Source: Candidatus Marinacidobacterales bacterium (GTDB lineage Bacteria; Acidobacteriota; Vicinamibacteria; Marinacidobacterales; DATDRI01). Taken from it: 64,000 bases of DNA. The stretch is taken from the NCBI GenBank assembly GCA_965219415.1, contig OZ244742.1, positions 1,184,001-1,248,000 of the forward strand, read 5' to 3'. This document shows, piece by piece, positions 1 through 9,485 of this stretch. Made by a program: the position numbers and the translations under genes. Under the pieces are notes generated by a model that had not been told where the DNA came from, did not search any database, and saw nothing but the letters and a program-made list of their open reading frames with translations. The number at the start of each line of letters is the position of its first letter. The first letter of the stretch is position 1.

Positions 1-1
1 C

Positions 2-88
2 ATCACCGGGTCTCCCTCGAACGTCGCCGGTTTTCCGGTCGAAGTCTTCTATCAGTTGATGCAAAAGGCAGGGCTCAAGCTGTCCTAA
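2..88 (+). CDS. 3' end of a Maf family nucleoside triphosphate pyrophosphatase (partial, runs off the window)
   Basis: Frame 2 reads ITGSPSNVAGFPVEVFYQLMQKAGLKLS*, matching the Maf C-terminal GSxxNVxGLP motif. Confidence 0.7.
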   Translation: MTGSPSNVAGFPVEVFYQLMQKAGLKLS

Positions 89-858
89 TCTCGAGGCGCC
101 GTCTCTCCCTCGATTCCCGCGAGCCAAGGAGAGATCTGCTCCAGCAAATCGAAGTCGTGGTTGATGAGACAAACGTGCCCATAACCGCGAAGCACCTTGA
201 CGGTCGCTCTCGGCATACGGGCCGCCATGAAGTGAGCTTCTTCCACGGACGGGACCAGATGATCTTGATCGCTGGCGAGAAACAGTGTGGGCACCTGGAA
301 CTCCCCGAGCCGCTCCCGAATGTCGTAGGTCCGAAGGATCTCCAGCCGGCGGATGTAACCTCTCCGACCGACGGCGCGGGTGCGTTCGAAAAATTCCGCC
401 AAATCCTCGGGCGAGGTATGAGCCGAGTGAAGCCGTGAGCGAGTGAACCGTCGGACGAGATTCATCGTTCCCCAAGGTACGACTCGCAAGAGATGGGGGG
501 CCAGGCGCATCCGCCACCGCTTCCGAATGGCTGGAAACGAGTTCAGGATAACGAGCCCGTGCAGCTTCTCCGGATGAGCGAGCCCGAAGCTCAGACTAAG
601 TGCCCCACCGAAGGACTCCCCGAAAAGCAAGACCTTCTCGTTACCGCCTACTCGCCCTGCGAGCTCGTACAAGCGTTGGACTAGGGAATCCATCGTGCGC
701 TTGGAGTCGTCCGGCAAAGGAAATGTGACGACGCGGAACCGTTTCGCCAACAGTGGGATTTGCCGATAGAACAAGAGCGCCGTGCCATCGAGGCCCGGGA
801 TCAAGATCAGAGGCGGCCCCTCGCCCTCCTCGCGATAACCCTCTAGATTCGCTGGCAC
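85..858 (-). CDS. Alpha/beta fold hydrolase
   Basis: LIPGLDG oxyanion region, GESFGG nucleophile elbow, DxxVP and GH motifs. Confidence 0.9.
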   Translation of the reverse strand: MPANLEGYREEGEGPPLILIPGLDGTALLFYRQIPLLAKRFRVVTFPLPDDSKRTMDSLVQRLYELAGRVGGNEKVLLFGESFGGALSLSFGLAHPEKLHGLVILNSFPAIRKRWRMRLAPHLLRVVPWGTMNLVRRFTRSRLHSAHTSPEDLAEFFERTRAVGRRGYIRRLEILRTYDIRERLGEFQVPTLFLASDQDHLVPSVEEAHFMAARMPRATVKVLRGYGHVCLINHDFDLLEQISPWLAGIEGETAPRD

Positions 859-955
859 GTTCCAGTCTTCAACAATGCGTCCACCGCATTGTCACACGTT
901 GCCGACAGGTCGCCCACAGGGTAACCCACACGTTTTGAACAGGTTTTTCCACAGC

Positions 956-1252
956 CTACATTCCCCCCCTTCCAGCCGTCTTGAAGCGACCGACTTTCCT
1001 ATAAACGTCCTTGCGGTGCCGGATTCTGATGACGAGGATGACGACGTTGTCGTTCTCGAGGCAGAAGATAATTCGGTAGCTGCCGACTCGCGCTCGGAAG
1101 GTCTCGTCGTCAATCTTTTCAGTGTCTGGCTGAAGCGGATCCCTAGCCAAGGAGAAGAGCTTCTTGTCGACGCGCTCTCGTATGTCCTGGGGTAGCTTTT
1201 CGAAATCACGCTCAGCATGCCTTGTGAAGTCGATCTCGTGAAAATCTGGCAA
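956..1252 (-). CDS. Type II toxin, RelE/ParE family
   Basis: 98 aa with FRARVGSYRIIF and IRHRKDVYR RelE motifs; directly downstream of antitoxin. Confidence 0.9.
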   Translation of the reverse strand: MPDFHEIDFTRHAERDFEKLPQDIRERVDKKLFSLARDPLQPDTEKIDDETFRARVGSYRIIFCLENDNVVILVIRIRHRKDVYRKVGRFKTAGRGGM

Positions 1253-1253
1253 G

Positions 1254-1508
1254 TCACTTCTTCAGGCCGAACTTCTGACGGATCTGGCTATAAGGAATCC
1301 GCTCATCGGATTCGGCAAGAGCCTCCCGGGCAGCAATGAGATCAGACTCGTTCTCCAAGGCCTCCAGGACACGTAGATCCTCCATGGACACGATAGCGAA
1401 CACCTCCTTCTTATAGCTGGACACAGTGAATCGCTCACCGGCGTATGCGACCCGCTTGCCCACTTCAGAGATGTTATCCCTGACCTCAGAAATCTTTAGT
1501 TTGTTCAC
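1254..1508 (-). CDS. Type II antitoxin, Phd/YefM family
   Basis: ISEVRDNISEV...GERFTV...VFAIVSMED Phd-type N-terminus, acidic C-terminus, GAGGAGG RBS. Confidence 0.85.
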   Translation of the reverse strand: MNKLKISEVRDNISEVGKRVAYAGERFTVSSYKKEVFAIVSMEDLRVLEALENESDLIAAREALAESDERIPYSQIRQKFGLKK

Positions 1509-1526
1509 GATGACCTCCTCTCATGC

Positions 1527-1580
1527 TGTACAATATGTACAATTTATACAATTAACACATTTTGTACAATTAGTATAAGT
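1527..1580. promoter_or_regulatory. AT-rich TA promoter/operator made of 9-bp units with TGTACA palindromes
   Basis: TGTACAATA|TGTACAATT|TATACAATT|AACACATTT|TGTACAATT|AGTATAAGT immediately upstream of the antitoxin. Confidence 0.7.
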
Positions 1581-1633
1581 TAGTAACCATCCGAAGTCAA
1601 GGGCTTGGCGGCTTTGGATTAAATTCTTTAGAA

Positions 1634-2051
1634 TTAAGTGGATGGAAGCCGGCGTTTAATATCATCACCCGGGAGCCAGTTCTGTTCGACGAGCCGGGGC
1701 CCCTGATTCGTGAAACAAAGGACGCTCACCGACGCATTCTCGGCGGAAAGCCTCCGGTAGTCGGCGATGGGCATGGAGAGATAGTGGGTCAGGGAGACGT
1801 GGAGCGGGTCGCCATGGGATACGACCGTCTCCCCTTCGTTCTCCACGCGAAGTCGCAATGGGAGTCGCGGTCTCGAGCGCCCGTTGCTGGGGGCTCGAGA
1901 CCACCCTCGCGATGGGAAGCTGGCCCAGGATCTCGGCAAGGGTGGCAACCTGCTCGCGACCGCGGGCATTCAATCCGACGTCGATGCGGCCGAGTAGTCT
2001 CCCCTCCTCGTTCCAATCGGTGAGGCCGTGGCGCACCAAGAGAAGATTCAA
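1634..2051 (-). pseudogene. Histidine phosphatase (phosphoglycerate mutase-like), internally deleted and frameshifted
   Basis: LVRHG and SSPQQRALET in one frame, VVSHGDP C-terminal motif in another; central part missing near 1845. Confidence 0.8.
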
Positions 2052-2896
2052 CGGGAAGGGCCCTGCGGGGTGGCGGGCTCGTAGTGAATGGTAATCTCGG
2101 CGCGACCGTAACGTTCCACGATCATTTCTTCGAGCCGCTCGGTGAGGTCATGCGCTTCGCGGAGATCGTTCTCGGTGACGAACAGCGTCAGCTCCACGAA
2201 TTTCCGACCCCCGTGTAAGTGGCTTCGGATATCCTCCACACCGACGACACGCGGCAGTCCGATGGCCATTTTGCGAATGGCTTCCGCATCCACCGCGGCC
2301 GCATCGAGCAAGGTGGGAACCGTTTTCTGCAGTATCTGGAAACCACTCCAGGCGATAAAGGCGGAGATGAAGAGGGCCAAGATCGCGTCCCAATGAAGGT
2401 AACCCTTCATGACGAAAGGAAGCCCCGCTAGCACGGCTGTCGTCACCAACACATCGCTTTGAGTATGAACCGCATCGGCATACAAGAACTCGCTCGAATA
2501 GCGACGCGCCGCCCGTTTCTCGTAGATCACTACGAACACGTTGACGATCAGCGTCACGATCATGACCGCGAAGGTCACGCCGGTGATCTCGAACGTGGGA
2601 GGCGCGTCCGCAAACAAGCGACCGAGTGCTTGCTTGCCGACTTCATAGCAGGTAATGAACATGAACCCGGCGATGCTGAACGCGCCGAGGGTCTCGATCT
2701 TCCCGTGGCCGTAGGGATGGCCTTCATCGGGTTCTTTGGCGGCAAGACGTAAGAGAACCAGCCCCACGACATTGTTGATGGCATCGATGGACGAGTGCAG
2801 GCCATCGGAGATGACCGCCAGGGAGTGAGCCATGATCCCGGCGGTGAGGCAGAGGACACGCCGGGTACCGGCTCGCCGAAGGCCATCCTCGATAGG
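2048..2896 (-). pseudogene. Cation diffusion facilitator transporter, start cut off by IS3 insertion
   Basis: DGLHS, HPYGHGKIE and ADAVHTQSD CDF motifs; frame extends up to the IS end at 2897; original ATG TCC CCT lies at 3892-3900. Confidence 0.85.
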
Positions 2897-3339
2897 TGAA
2901 GTGACCCCGCTTTCGTGGACAGGTTAAGAGTTAGGGATCAAGCGTCGCGATAGTACCTCCTTTCGAATTGGATAGGCGAGCAATAGTCGATGGCGGAGTG
3001 TCGTCGTCGCGGGTTGTACCAGCCTTCGATGAAATCGAAGGTCGCCATGCGCGCCTCAGCGTGGTAGCAAAACGACCGGCGCTCGATCAGCTCGCACTCG
3101 AGCGTCGCGAAGAAGCTCTCGCACATCGCATTGTCGTAACAGTCCCCGACCGAACCCATCGACGGTCGCACCCCGGCCTCCCGGCATCGCTGGCCGAACG
3201 CTAGTGACGTGTACTGCGTGCCCTGGTCCGAGTGATGGATGACGTCGCCGGGCTTGCGTTGGAACAGCGCCATGTCGAGGGCGCTCAAGACGAGCGACGT
3301 CCGCAGGTGGGTAGCCATTGCCCATCCGACGATGCGTCG
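2897..3339 (-). mobile_element. IS3-family element, 3' half (end of orfB plus right IR)
   Basis: RRIVGW...HHSDQGTQY...CYDNAMCESFF...YNPRRRHS integrase core; IR TGAAGTGACCCCGCTTTCGTGGACA at 2897. Confidence 0.9.
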
Positions 3340-3340
3340 G

Positions 3341-3901
3341 GGCTCCTTCTGGTACGCGTTCACCGGCTCGGACGCCGAGCCGGCCGATGTGCGCATTCGC
3401 CTCCGCGTTTTCGTCGGGGCGGAAGAAGCGGCTCTGCTCCTCGACGACAAGTACGACACGGTGGACAAAGAAACGAAATTCAACTCCTTCACTTTTTCTC
3501 CCGGTGACACGAAGATCCTATCCACAAGCGACGGTTATACCTGCGGCCTCGAGGAAACGGGGGAGGGAAGCGACAAGGGAGCAGTCTTGGTGCTCGGATT
3601 GCCCGAGAGCACGACCGACCGCCGTGTTTTGGTGCGCCTGCTCTATCAAGTGAACGATGGATCCGGGGAGTTCCCTCGCTGGACGAATGCGGTATCCCGT
3701 TCCTTTCCAGTCCCTCTCGAGCCCGGTAAGGAGAGTTTTCTCGTGCTTCTCCAAGACAACGGCGGGTTAGAGTTTTCGGGGGTCTTCAGGAAGAAAGATG
3801 AAGAACCTGGAAAGCTTCCAACTGCGGGTCCTGAGCTCCGAGGTGCGAAGCGCCTCGTAGTTGATCGGGACGGAGACTCACCTCCCTCCAAATGTCCCCT
3901 A
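3341..3901 (+). pseudogene. C-terminal part of an exported hypothetical protein, separated from its N-terminus (4714-5110, minus) by an inversion
   Basis: Open frame GSFWYAFTG...PPSKCPL joins in frame to ...ALDIRG when 3340-4719 is re-inverted. Confidence 0.7.
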
Positions 3902-3955
3902 TGGACTTGACCCGCTTTCGTGGACACCTAATCCTTTGGGAGACAGGAGTCCACG

Positions 3956-4270
3956 ATGTCAAAGCAGGGAAACAGATACGCGGCCGAATTCCGGCGCCAA
4001 ATGGTAGAGCTGGTGCGAGCTGGCCGCGGCTCCGAAGAGCTGGCGCGAGAGTTTGAGCCCTCGGGCCAGACGATCCGGAACTGGGTGAACCAGGCGGATC
4101 TCGACGAGGGTCGCAGGCAGGACGGTCTGACGAGTGAGGAGCGTGCGGAGCTCCGCCGCCTGCGACGGGAGAACCGTCAACTACGGTTGGAGCGGGAGAT
4201 CCTCTCAAAAGCCGCGGCCTGGTTCGCTCGGGAGACCGAGTCGGTACCACCGAAACCTTCCGATTCGTGA
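3956..4270 (+). CDS. IS3 transposase OrfA (HTH plus leucine zipper)
   Basis: YAAEFRRQMVEL...TIRNWV...ELRRLRRENRQLRLEREILSKAAAWF. Confidence 0.92.
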   Translation: MSKQGNRYAAEFRRQMVELVRAGRGSEELAREFEPSGQTIRNWVNQADLDEGRRQDGLTSEERAELRRLRRENRQLRLEREILSKAAAWFARETESVPPKPSDS

Positions 4271-4716
4271 GGGCGAACCAGGATTCACTACCGGTTGCCA
4301 CGATGTGCCGACTGCTGGACGTCTCCGCCAGCGGCTACTATGCGTGGCTTGAGCGTGCCCCGTCGGCCCGCGCGGTGTCGGATGCGGAGTTGCTTGAGAA
4401 GATCCGGGCGATTCACACCGCGTCGCGGAGCACGTACGGCGCGCCGAGGATTCTCCACGAGCTACGAGAGACACACGAGCTCCACGTCTCACGCAAGCGT
4501 GTAGCGCGGCTAATGCGCGAGGCTGGCATTCAAGGTGTTCACCGGCGCAAGAGGGCGCACACTACGATTCGCTGTGACGACGCCCGTCCCGCCCCCGATC
4601 TCGTCGACAGGAATTTCGAGGTGGACCGGCCCGACCGCCTGTGGGTCGCCGATATCACCTACGTGCCCACGTGGTCGGGCTTCTTGTTCCTCGCCGTCGT
4701 GCTGGACGCCTTCAGC
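4267..4716 (+). pseudogene. IS3 transposase OrfB, N-terminal fragment
   Basis: MCRLLDVSASGYY, YGAPRI, WVADITY; overlaps orfA in the -1 frame (GTGA). Confidence 0.88.
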
Positions 4717-5110
4717 CCCCTCGAATGTCCAGCGCGATCACCGAGCGGCCGGCGGGCCGCGGTGCCCGTTTGACTGGCTTCGGCGCCGGCGGTTTGGCGG
4801 TAGGCGTTGCCTTTTTCTCCGGCGGTTTCTCGGCAGCCGGCTCGGCTCCCTGGTAGTCGATTTGCTTGATGTCGGTCTTCGGAATGACCAAGTTCCCGTA
4901 GCTGGTCTTCAGAGTAATCGCACGCTCGCTCGCCCCGATCACGGACCCGTGAAGGACGTCACCATTGTGGAGGTAGATCACCTCGGCGATCCTCGCCAGG
5001 GGTAGGAGGAGTACGGTCGCAAACGCGAGCATCGCCACGAGCCTACGCCGATGCCCTGAAAAGCCTGACAAGCTTGAAAGGAAAGATACGAACGATTTGT
5101 CTTGCGCCAA
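4714..5110 (-). pseudogene. N-terminal part of exported hypothetical protein split by inversion
   Basis: Signal-like segment, AEVIYLHNGDVLHG beta domain, Pro/Ala/Lys linker, ends at the inversion junction. Confidence 0.7.
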
Positions 5111-5232
5111 GTTCCTTCTCCTGAGCGACTTGTAGTCGCGCCGTCCGCCTATTATATCTCGAACCGCCCGACAAGCTCATCGGGCTGTGCAGCCCTGACG
5201 TGGTAGAATGCCGGCCCGCCGGGTAGCTTAAA

Positions 5233-5919
5233 ATGAAATCTCAAGACGCTACTGCTCTGCTCGTAAGCTTTGCCTACCTTTTGGGCCTGCTCGTGGCCGC
5301 GGTGTTGGCGCACCGATTCCTCAGCGTCAAGAGCCTCTACACCCGGAAGCTCGTGATCGTCGGCACCGGCATGTGGTCGATCCTAGCGGTGAGACTCTTC
5401 TCGTCCTGGGAATGGGCCATCGCGCCGCCCCTAACACTCACTCTTCTTTACTACCTCTCCTACCGCTACGACCTTTTTGAGGCGATCGAGGACCACGAGC
5501 GCGTCAACATGGGATTGGTGCTCTTCCCTGCCGCCATCGCTCTATTACTGGGCTTGTTTTGGCGACCGGGCACGCCGCAGGACGCCGGCTTCCTCGCGGT
5601 GGCAGCGTTGATGGCGGGGACTTGGGGTGACACCGTAGCCGCTTTGATCGGGCGCCGATACGGAACCCGCCGTTATCGTATGTTGGGCCATCGTCGAACG
5701 ATGGAAGGAACGCTGGCGTTGTTCTTAGTATCCGGCGTCGCCATGGCCCCGGTTCTGGCGATCATGGGGGCAATGGACTGGCACCAATCGGTGGCGTTCG
5801 CCCTGATAGCGTCGACCGTCGTGGCTTTGGTCGAGATCGTCTCCTTTTATGGGAGCGACAACCTCACGATTCCCCTCGCCGCGGCCGTCACTCTATCTCT
5901 ACTGACCCGGCTCAGTTGA
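5233..5919 (+). CDS. Polyprenol/phytol/dolichol kinase-like (cytidylyltransferase family) membrane protein
   Basis: TRK, WGDTVAALIG, RTMEGT and DNLTIP motifs; multiple TM segments. Confidence 0.8.
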   Translation: MKSQDATALLVSFAYLLGLLVAAVLAHRFLSVKSLYTRKLVIVGTGMWSILAVRLFSSWEWAIAPPLTLTLLYYLSYRYDLFEAIEDHERVNMGLVLFPAAIALLLGLFWRPGTPQDAGFLAVAALMAGTWGDTVAALIGRRYGTRRYRMLGHRRTMEGTLALFLVSGVAMAPVLAIMGAMDWHQSVAFALIASTVVALVEIVSFYGSDNLTIPLAAAVTLSLLTRLS

Positions 5920-5936
5920 GTCCAGGGCAACCGAAT

Positions 5937-6152
5937 TCAGTAGCGTTCGACGGGGACGCTCTCCGATGCTTCGGCCGCTTCGGCGGCCAGGATGACGGTG
6001 CTGCTGATAGGAAGGTAGGCTTGGTACATCTTGTCCTTCACTTCCAGGGTAACGTCGTAGTATCCCTGCTCCTTGACGTTTAAAAGCCTTCCCTTAGCGC
6101 CCTTCACACCCAAGGCGTCGTTGTAGACCCGGATTGCATCGCCAGCATCCAT
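5937..6152 (-). CDS. Small hypothetical protein
   Basis: 71 aa, AAGGAG RBS, own sigma70-like promoter. Confidence 0.75.
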   Translation of the reverse strand: MDAGDAIRVYNDALGVKGAKGRLLNVKEQGYYDVTLEVKDKMYQAYLPISSTVILAAEAAEASESVPVERY

Positions 6153-6185
6153 CGAACACTCCTTTGATTAGAGGTGAGTTACTTC

Positions 6186-6215
6186 ATTGTAAGGTAGGGC
6201 ACCGGAACCCGTCAA
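6186..6215 (-). promoter_or_regulatory. sigma70-type promoter
   Basis: TTGACG-N18-TACAAT upstream of the 5937-6152 gene. Confidence 0.6.
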
Positions 6216-7010
6216 CCGCTTGAGGAAGAAGAGATTAGGCAGGAGTAGACAGGCCCCGGCTCGCGTGCGAGGCTGCTTGAGCGTCGGTATCGTTCCATTA
6301 CTTCTTTCCCGTAGTCGCACTCGGCGAGATACCTGTTGTGCGCGGGACACATCATCTGGATGTTCTCCGGGCTGTGGTCACCGCCACGAGCAAAGGAGTT
6401 CGGCCGTCATTGAGGGTGGTTGCCAATCTAAAGCTAGCCAGACGGCGATGGAATTGGAGTGCCTGCCGCTCGTTACAGCGTCTACCTTGTGCGTCCACGA
6501 AGGTGCAACGGTCCCCATCGCGCTCGCTGACCGCACGCCTCACTGCGGCCGGGATATAACGTGACGACGGCGGTGTGTCGGACTCCTCGACGCTCTTTCT
6601 GGGGCTTTGGTCTTGCCAAAGCGCTTCGCCTCGAGTCGCTCGAGCTTCTCGGTCACGGCCTCTTCTATGATTGCCGCCAGGTCGCCATCGGGAACCGAGC
6701 CTCGCATGAGCCCGCGCAGACGTTCGATCTTGTCCTTCAGCTCTGAGCTCGCCGTGAACTGGACTTTGTAGCGGGCAGGCGCCAGAGGCATCATCGGCCT
6801 CGGCTCAGCGGGCCTCGGCGACACAACTGCGTCTGAACACAGTTAGGCTGCCGGTACCTTTGGGCTCGCGGGAAGCTTGCGTATTGCGGGCGCAACATCG
6901 GGCTTCGGCGCGATCTCCGCCACCAGCTCTTCGATCCTTGCCTTGGACTTATGCTCAGCACGCGGCAGAACAGTATCCCGGTTCGCCTCGGTAAGGTATG
7001 GCGAAACCTT

Positions 7011-8445
7011 GAAAGTGTGCCAATCTTAGTTGGGAATTGAAACGGCTCCAAACCCCGTGGTTTGATGGCGTTGGACAAAACAAAATCAAGCCGCGAAGAA
7101 AGGAGCCGAGATGGGAAGTCTGCTACGTTCGGTCAAGAAACGCAAGAAGTCGCGTCGTTTGGGTGAGGTCGAGATGGTGAGGCACGAGGATTACGGGGAA
7201 CTCGCGCTGGACGCCAAGGTAGAGATGATCCGTTGGTTGGTCCCCCTTGGTCTAATGCACGTTCACGAGTTGCTCGACGACGAAGTGAAGGCGTTGGCGG
7301 GAGAGCGATACTCTCGCAAGGACGAGCTGGAGCGCGGTCGCCGTCCCGGAAGCAACCCGGGCACGGTAGGGCTTGGCGGCCAGCGGGTACCGATCCGTGT
7401 GCCACGGGTTCGGAGCATCGAGGGAGGAGAGATTCCGCTTCGCTGCTACGAGGCGGTGAGCCACGGCGGTGAGGTGAATGATCTTCTGCTGAAACGAGTT
7501 CTCTACGGAATCTCTTGTCGCAACTACGAGGCGGCAGCGGAAGCGATTCCGGGCGCCATCGGGCTGTCGAGCTCAACGGTGTCCCGAGGGTTCGTGCAAG
7601 CGAGCGCTGCGAAGCTGCGGGAGATGCAGGAACGGGATCTGACCGGCGAGGATGTGGTGGCGCTGTTTCTGGATGGGAAGACATTCGCCGAGGCAACGAT
7701 GGTCGTGGCTCTGGGCATCACGCTTTGCGGGGAAAAACGCTTCTTGGGCTTCGTGGAGACGGACACGGAGAACGCGCAGGTGTTGACGCCGTTCCTGCGT
7801 TCACTGCTCGAGCGGGGACTCGATATCTCCCAGGGTCTGCTGGTGATCATCGACGGCGGCAAGGGTCTCCAAGCGGCAGTCAAGAAGGCATTCCGTAAGC
7901 GGGCCCTGATACAACGCTGCCAGTGGCACAAACGTGAAAACGTAGTGAGCTACCTGTCCAAGGGCGAGCAGGCGTCATGGCGCAAGCGGCTCCAGTGGGC
8001 CTACAACAGGCCGGAGTACGAAGAGGCCCTCACTGCGCTCGAGCAACTCCACGGTGAGTTAGAAGAGCGGAACCAATCCGCAGCTGGCAGCCTGGAGGAA
8101 GGCCTCGAGGAGACGCTGACGTTGCATCGACTCGGCGTGCACGCGGTGCTGGGCCGTTCGTTCAAGACGACGAACTGCCTTGAGTCCGTCAATGCTCTCG
8201 TCGAGGAACGCTGCGCGAAGGTCGACCACTGGAAGAACTCGAGCCAACGCCAGCGCTGGTTGGCAACGGCGCTCGTAGACATCGAACCGCGCTTGAGGAA
8301 GGTGGTGGGCTACCGCCATCTTCCCAAGCTTCGCGAAGCTCTCAAGCGGGAACTGAAGATCGAGGCGAAGACATCAACCGTATCGAAGAAGAAGGTCGCT
8401 TAAACGTGAGCCGTGGAGAGTTTCAACTAAGAATGGGCTTGACTC
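7011..8445 (+). mobile_element. IS256-family insertion sequence
   Basis: 8-bp target duplication GAAACCTT at 7003-7010 and 8446-8453; imperfect terminal IRs sharing TCTTAGTTG at the same offset. Confidence 0.92.
7111..8403 (+). CDS. IS256/Mutator family transposase
   Basis: FLDGK, IIDGGKGL, QRCQWHK and TTNCLESVN DDE motifs; intact 430 aa. Confidence 0.93.
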   Translation: MGSLLRSVKKRKKSRRLGEVEMVRHEDYGELALDAKVEMIRWLVPLGLMHVHELLDDEVKALAGERYSRKDELERGRRPGSNPGTVGLGGQRVPIRVPRVRSIEGGEIPLRCYEAVSHGGEVNDLLLKRVLYGISCRNYEAAAEAIPGAIGLSSSTVSRGFVQASAAKLREMQERDLTGEDVVALFLDGKTFAEATMVVALGITLCGEKRFLGFVETDTENAQVLTPFLRSLLERGLDISQGLLVIIDGGKGLQAAVKKAFRKRALIQRCQWHKRENVVSYLSKGEQASWRKRLQWAYNRPEYEEALTALEQLHGELEERNQSAAGSLEEGLEETLTLHRLGVHAVLGRSFKTTNCLESVNALVEERCAKVDHWKNSSQRQRWLATALVDIEPRLRKVVGYRHLPKLREALKRELKIEAKTSTVSKKKVA

Positions 8446-8967
8446 GAAACCTTGGCGGCGCCGGTCAGATGAATTCGACCATCCTCCAGCATCCTCAGGG
8501 GCCCCGGGTGTTTTCGCGATGCCCGGGCGACTCGGATTCGGAGATAAGCCTCGGCCTCCGACATATGTAACGCCTCGGTGCAATACGTAAACATCGAGGG
8601 GCAAGCTTCACGCGCGTAGAGGCGCCGCTCGTCCACTTCGGCAATGTGTGCGACGAGCTCTGACTCGACGCGTCGTGATTGCTGCACTAGCCCAGACAAG
8701 CGGTGGAGTAGCTCATCGTCCGAAATCGATTTCAATAAGTTCTTAAACATGTGTCGTCCCCCTCGACACTAATATAACAACGCACTTTTTTTGACCTTGA
8801 GACGACGTGAGTCGGGAGGAACGTGCTTCGACGAAATTTTTGTCTTGAAGTTACTAGGCGTTGACTAGAGCGTCAACGCACGCCTTAGAGATGGCACTGC
8901 GGAGACAACAAGGAGATCGAAAAAGCTTGTTGCGGAATCTTGTCAAGAGAAAGATTCAATTTTTTTT

Positions 8968-9318
8968 CAGCATGATGTTGCCCGGCTTCAAGTCTCGATG
9001 CACGACGCCTTGGCGATGGGGCCTTGTCTAAAGCGTCAGCGATTTCAATCCCGTGCCGTAAAGCTTGATGCCGTTCTCGCTGCCGATGTCGTAAAGCGTG
9101 CAGATGTGTGGATGGTTCAGGCTGGATACGGCGCGGGCTTCACGCTCGAACCTCTGGCGGACTTCGGTATGGCTGGCTACGTTGGACGGAAGGACTTTGA
9201 TGGCAACGGTACGATCGAGCCGGGTGTCTTTGGCCTTGTAAACCTCACCCATGCCGCCTGCACCGAGAGGTGCCAGGATTTCATAGGGACCCAGCTTGGC
9301 GCCGGGATTGAGTGACAT
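8968..9318 (-). pseudogene. Ser/Thr protein kinase remnant
   Basis: [10 protein letters not shown]...VAIKVL N-lobe, then out-of-frame [27 protein letters not shown], then abrupt end. Confidence 0.85.
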
Positions 9319-9323
9319 CGGAA

Positions 9324-9359
9324 CCCCTCACCCTACCCTCTCCCCAAACGGGGAGAGGG
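9324..9359. repeat. REP-like palindromic element
   Basis: CCCCTCACCCTA followed by 10-bp stem CCCTCTCCCC-AAAC-GGGGAGAGGG. Confidence 0.6.
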
Positions 9360-9485
9360 AATAAAGGACGGAAGCCATCATCGTTACCCTGAAAATAGCC
9401 CTGCACAGGCTGAAAAGTCAACGAGTAGATGTGTAACACAACTGCGTCTGGACGCAGTTGGGCGGGAACGGAGTCAGGAAAATGC

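Larger units (their letters stand above)
3902..4716 (+). mobile_element. IS3-family element, 5' half (left IR, orfA, start of orfB)
   Basis: IR TGGACTTGACCCGCTTTCGTGGACA at 3902; orfB stops abruptly after LAVVLDAFS. Confidence 0.9.
6212..8750 (-). pseudogene. DUF222-like/HNH endonuclease gene, interrupted by IS256 and frameshifted
   Basis: N-term ISDDELL...HIAEVDERRLY...SMFTYC; middle RYKVQFTAS; C-term RRAVSERDGDRCTF...RC and MCPAHN in shifting frames. Confidence 0.8.

Noticed and set aside
2938-3525. 195-aa ORF as a complete transposase
   Set aside because: Chimeric read-through across the inversion junction; only 2938-3339 is IS-derived
6403-6446. 44-bp segment bounded by GCCGTC/GACGGC inside the HNH motif, as a mini insertion
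   Set aside because: 6-bp IR is weak in GC-rich DNA, no target duplication, and removal does not give a convincing HNH motif
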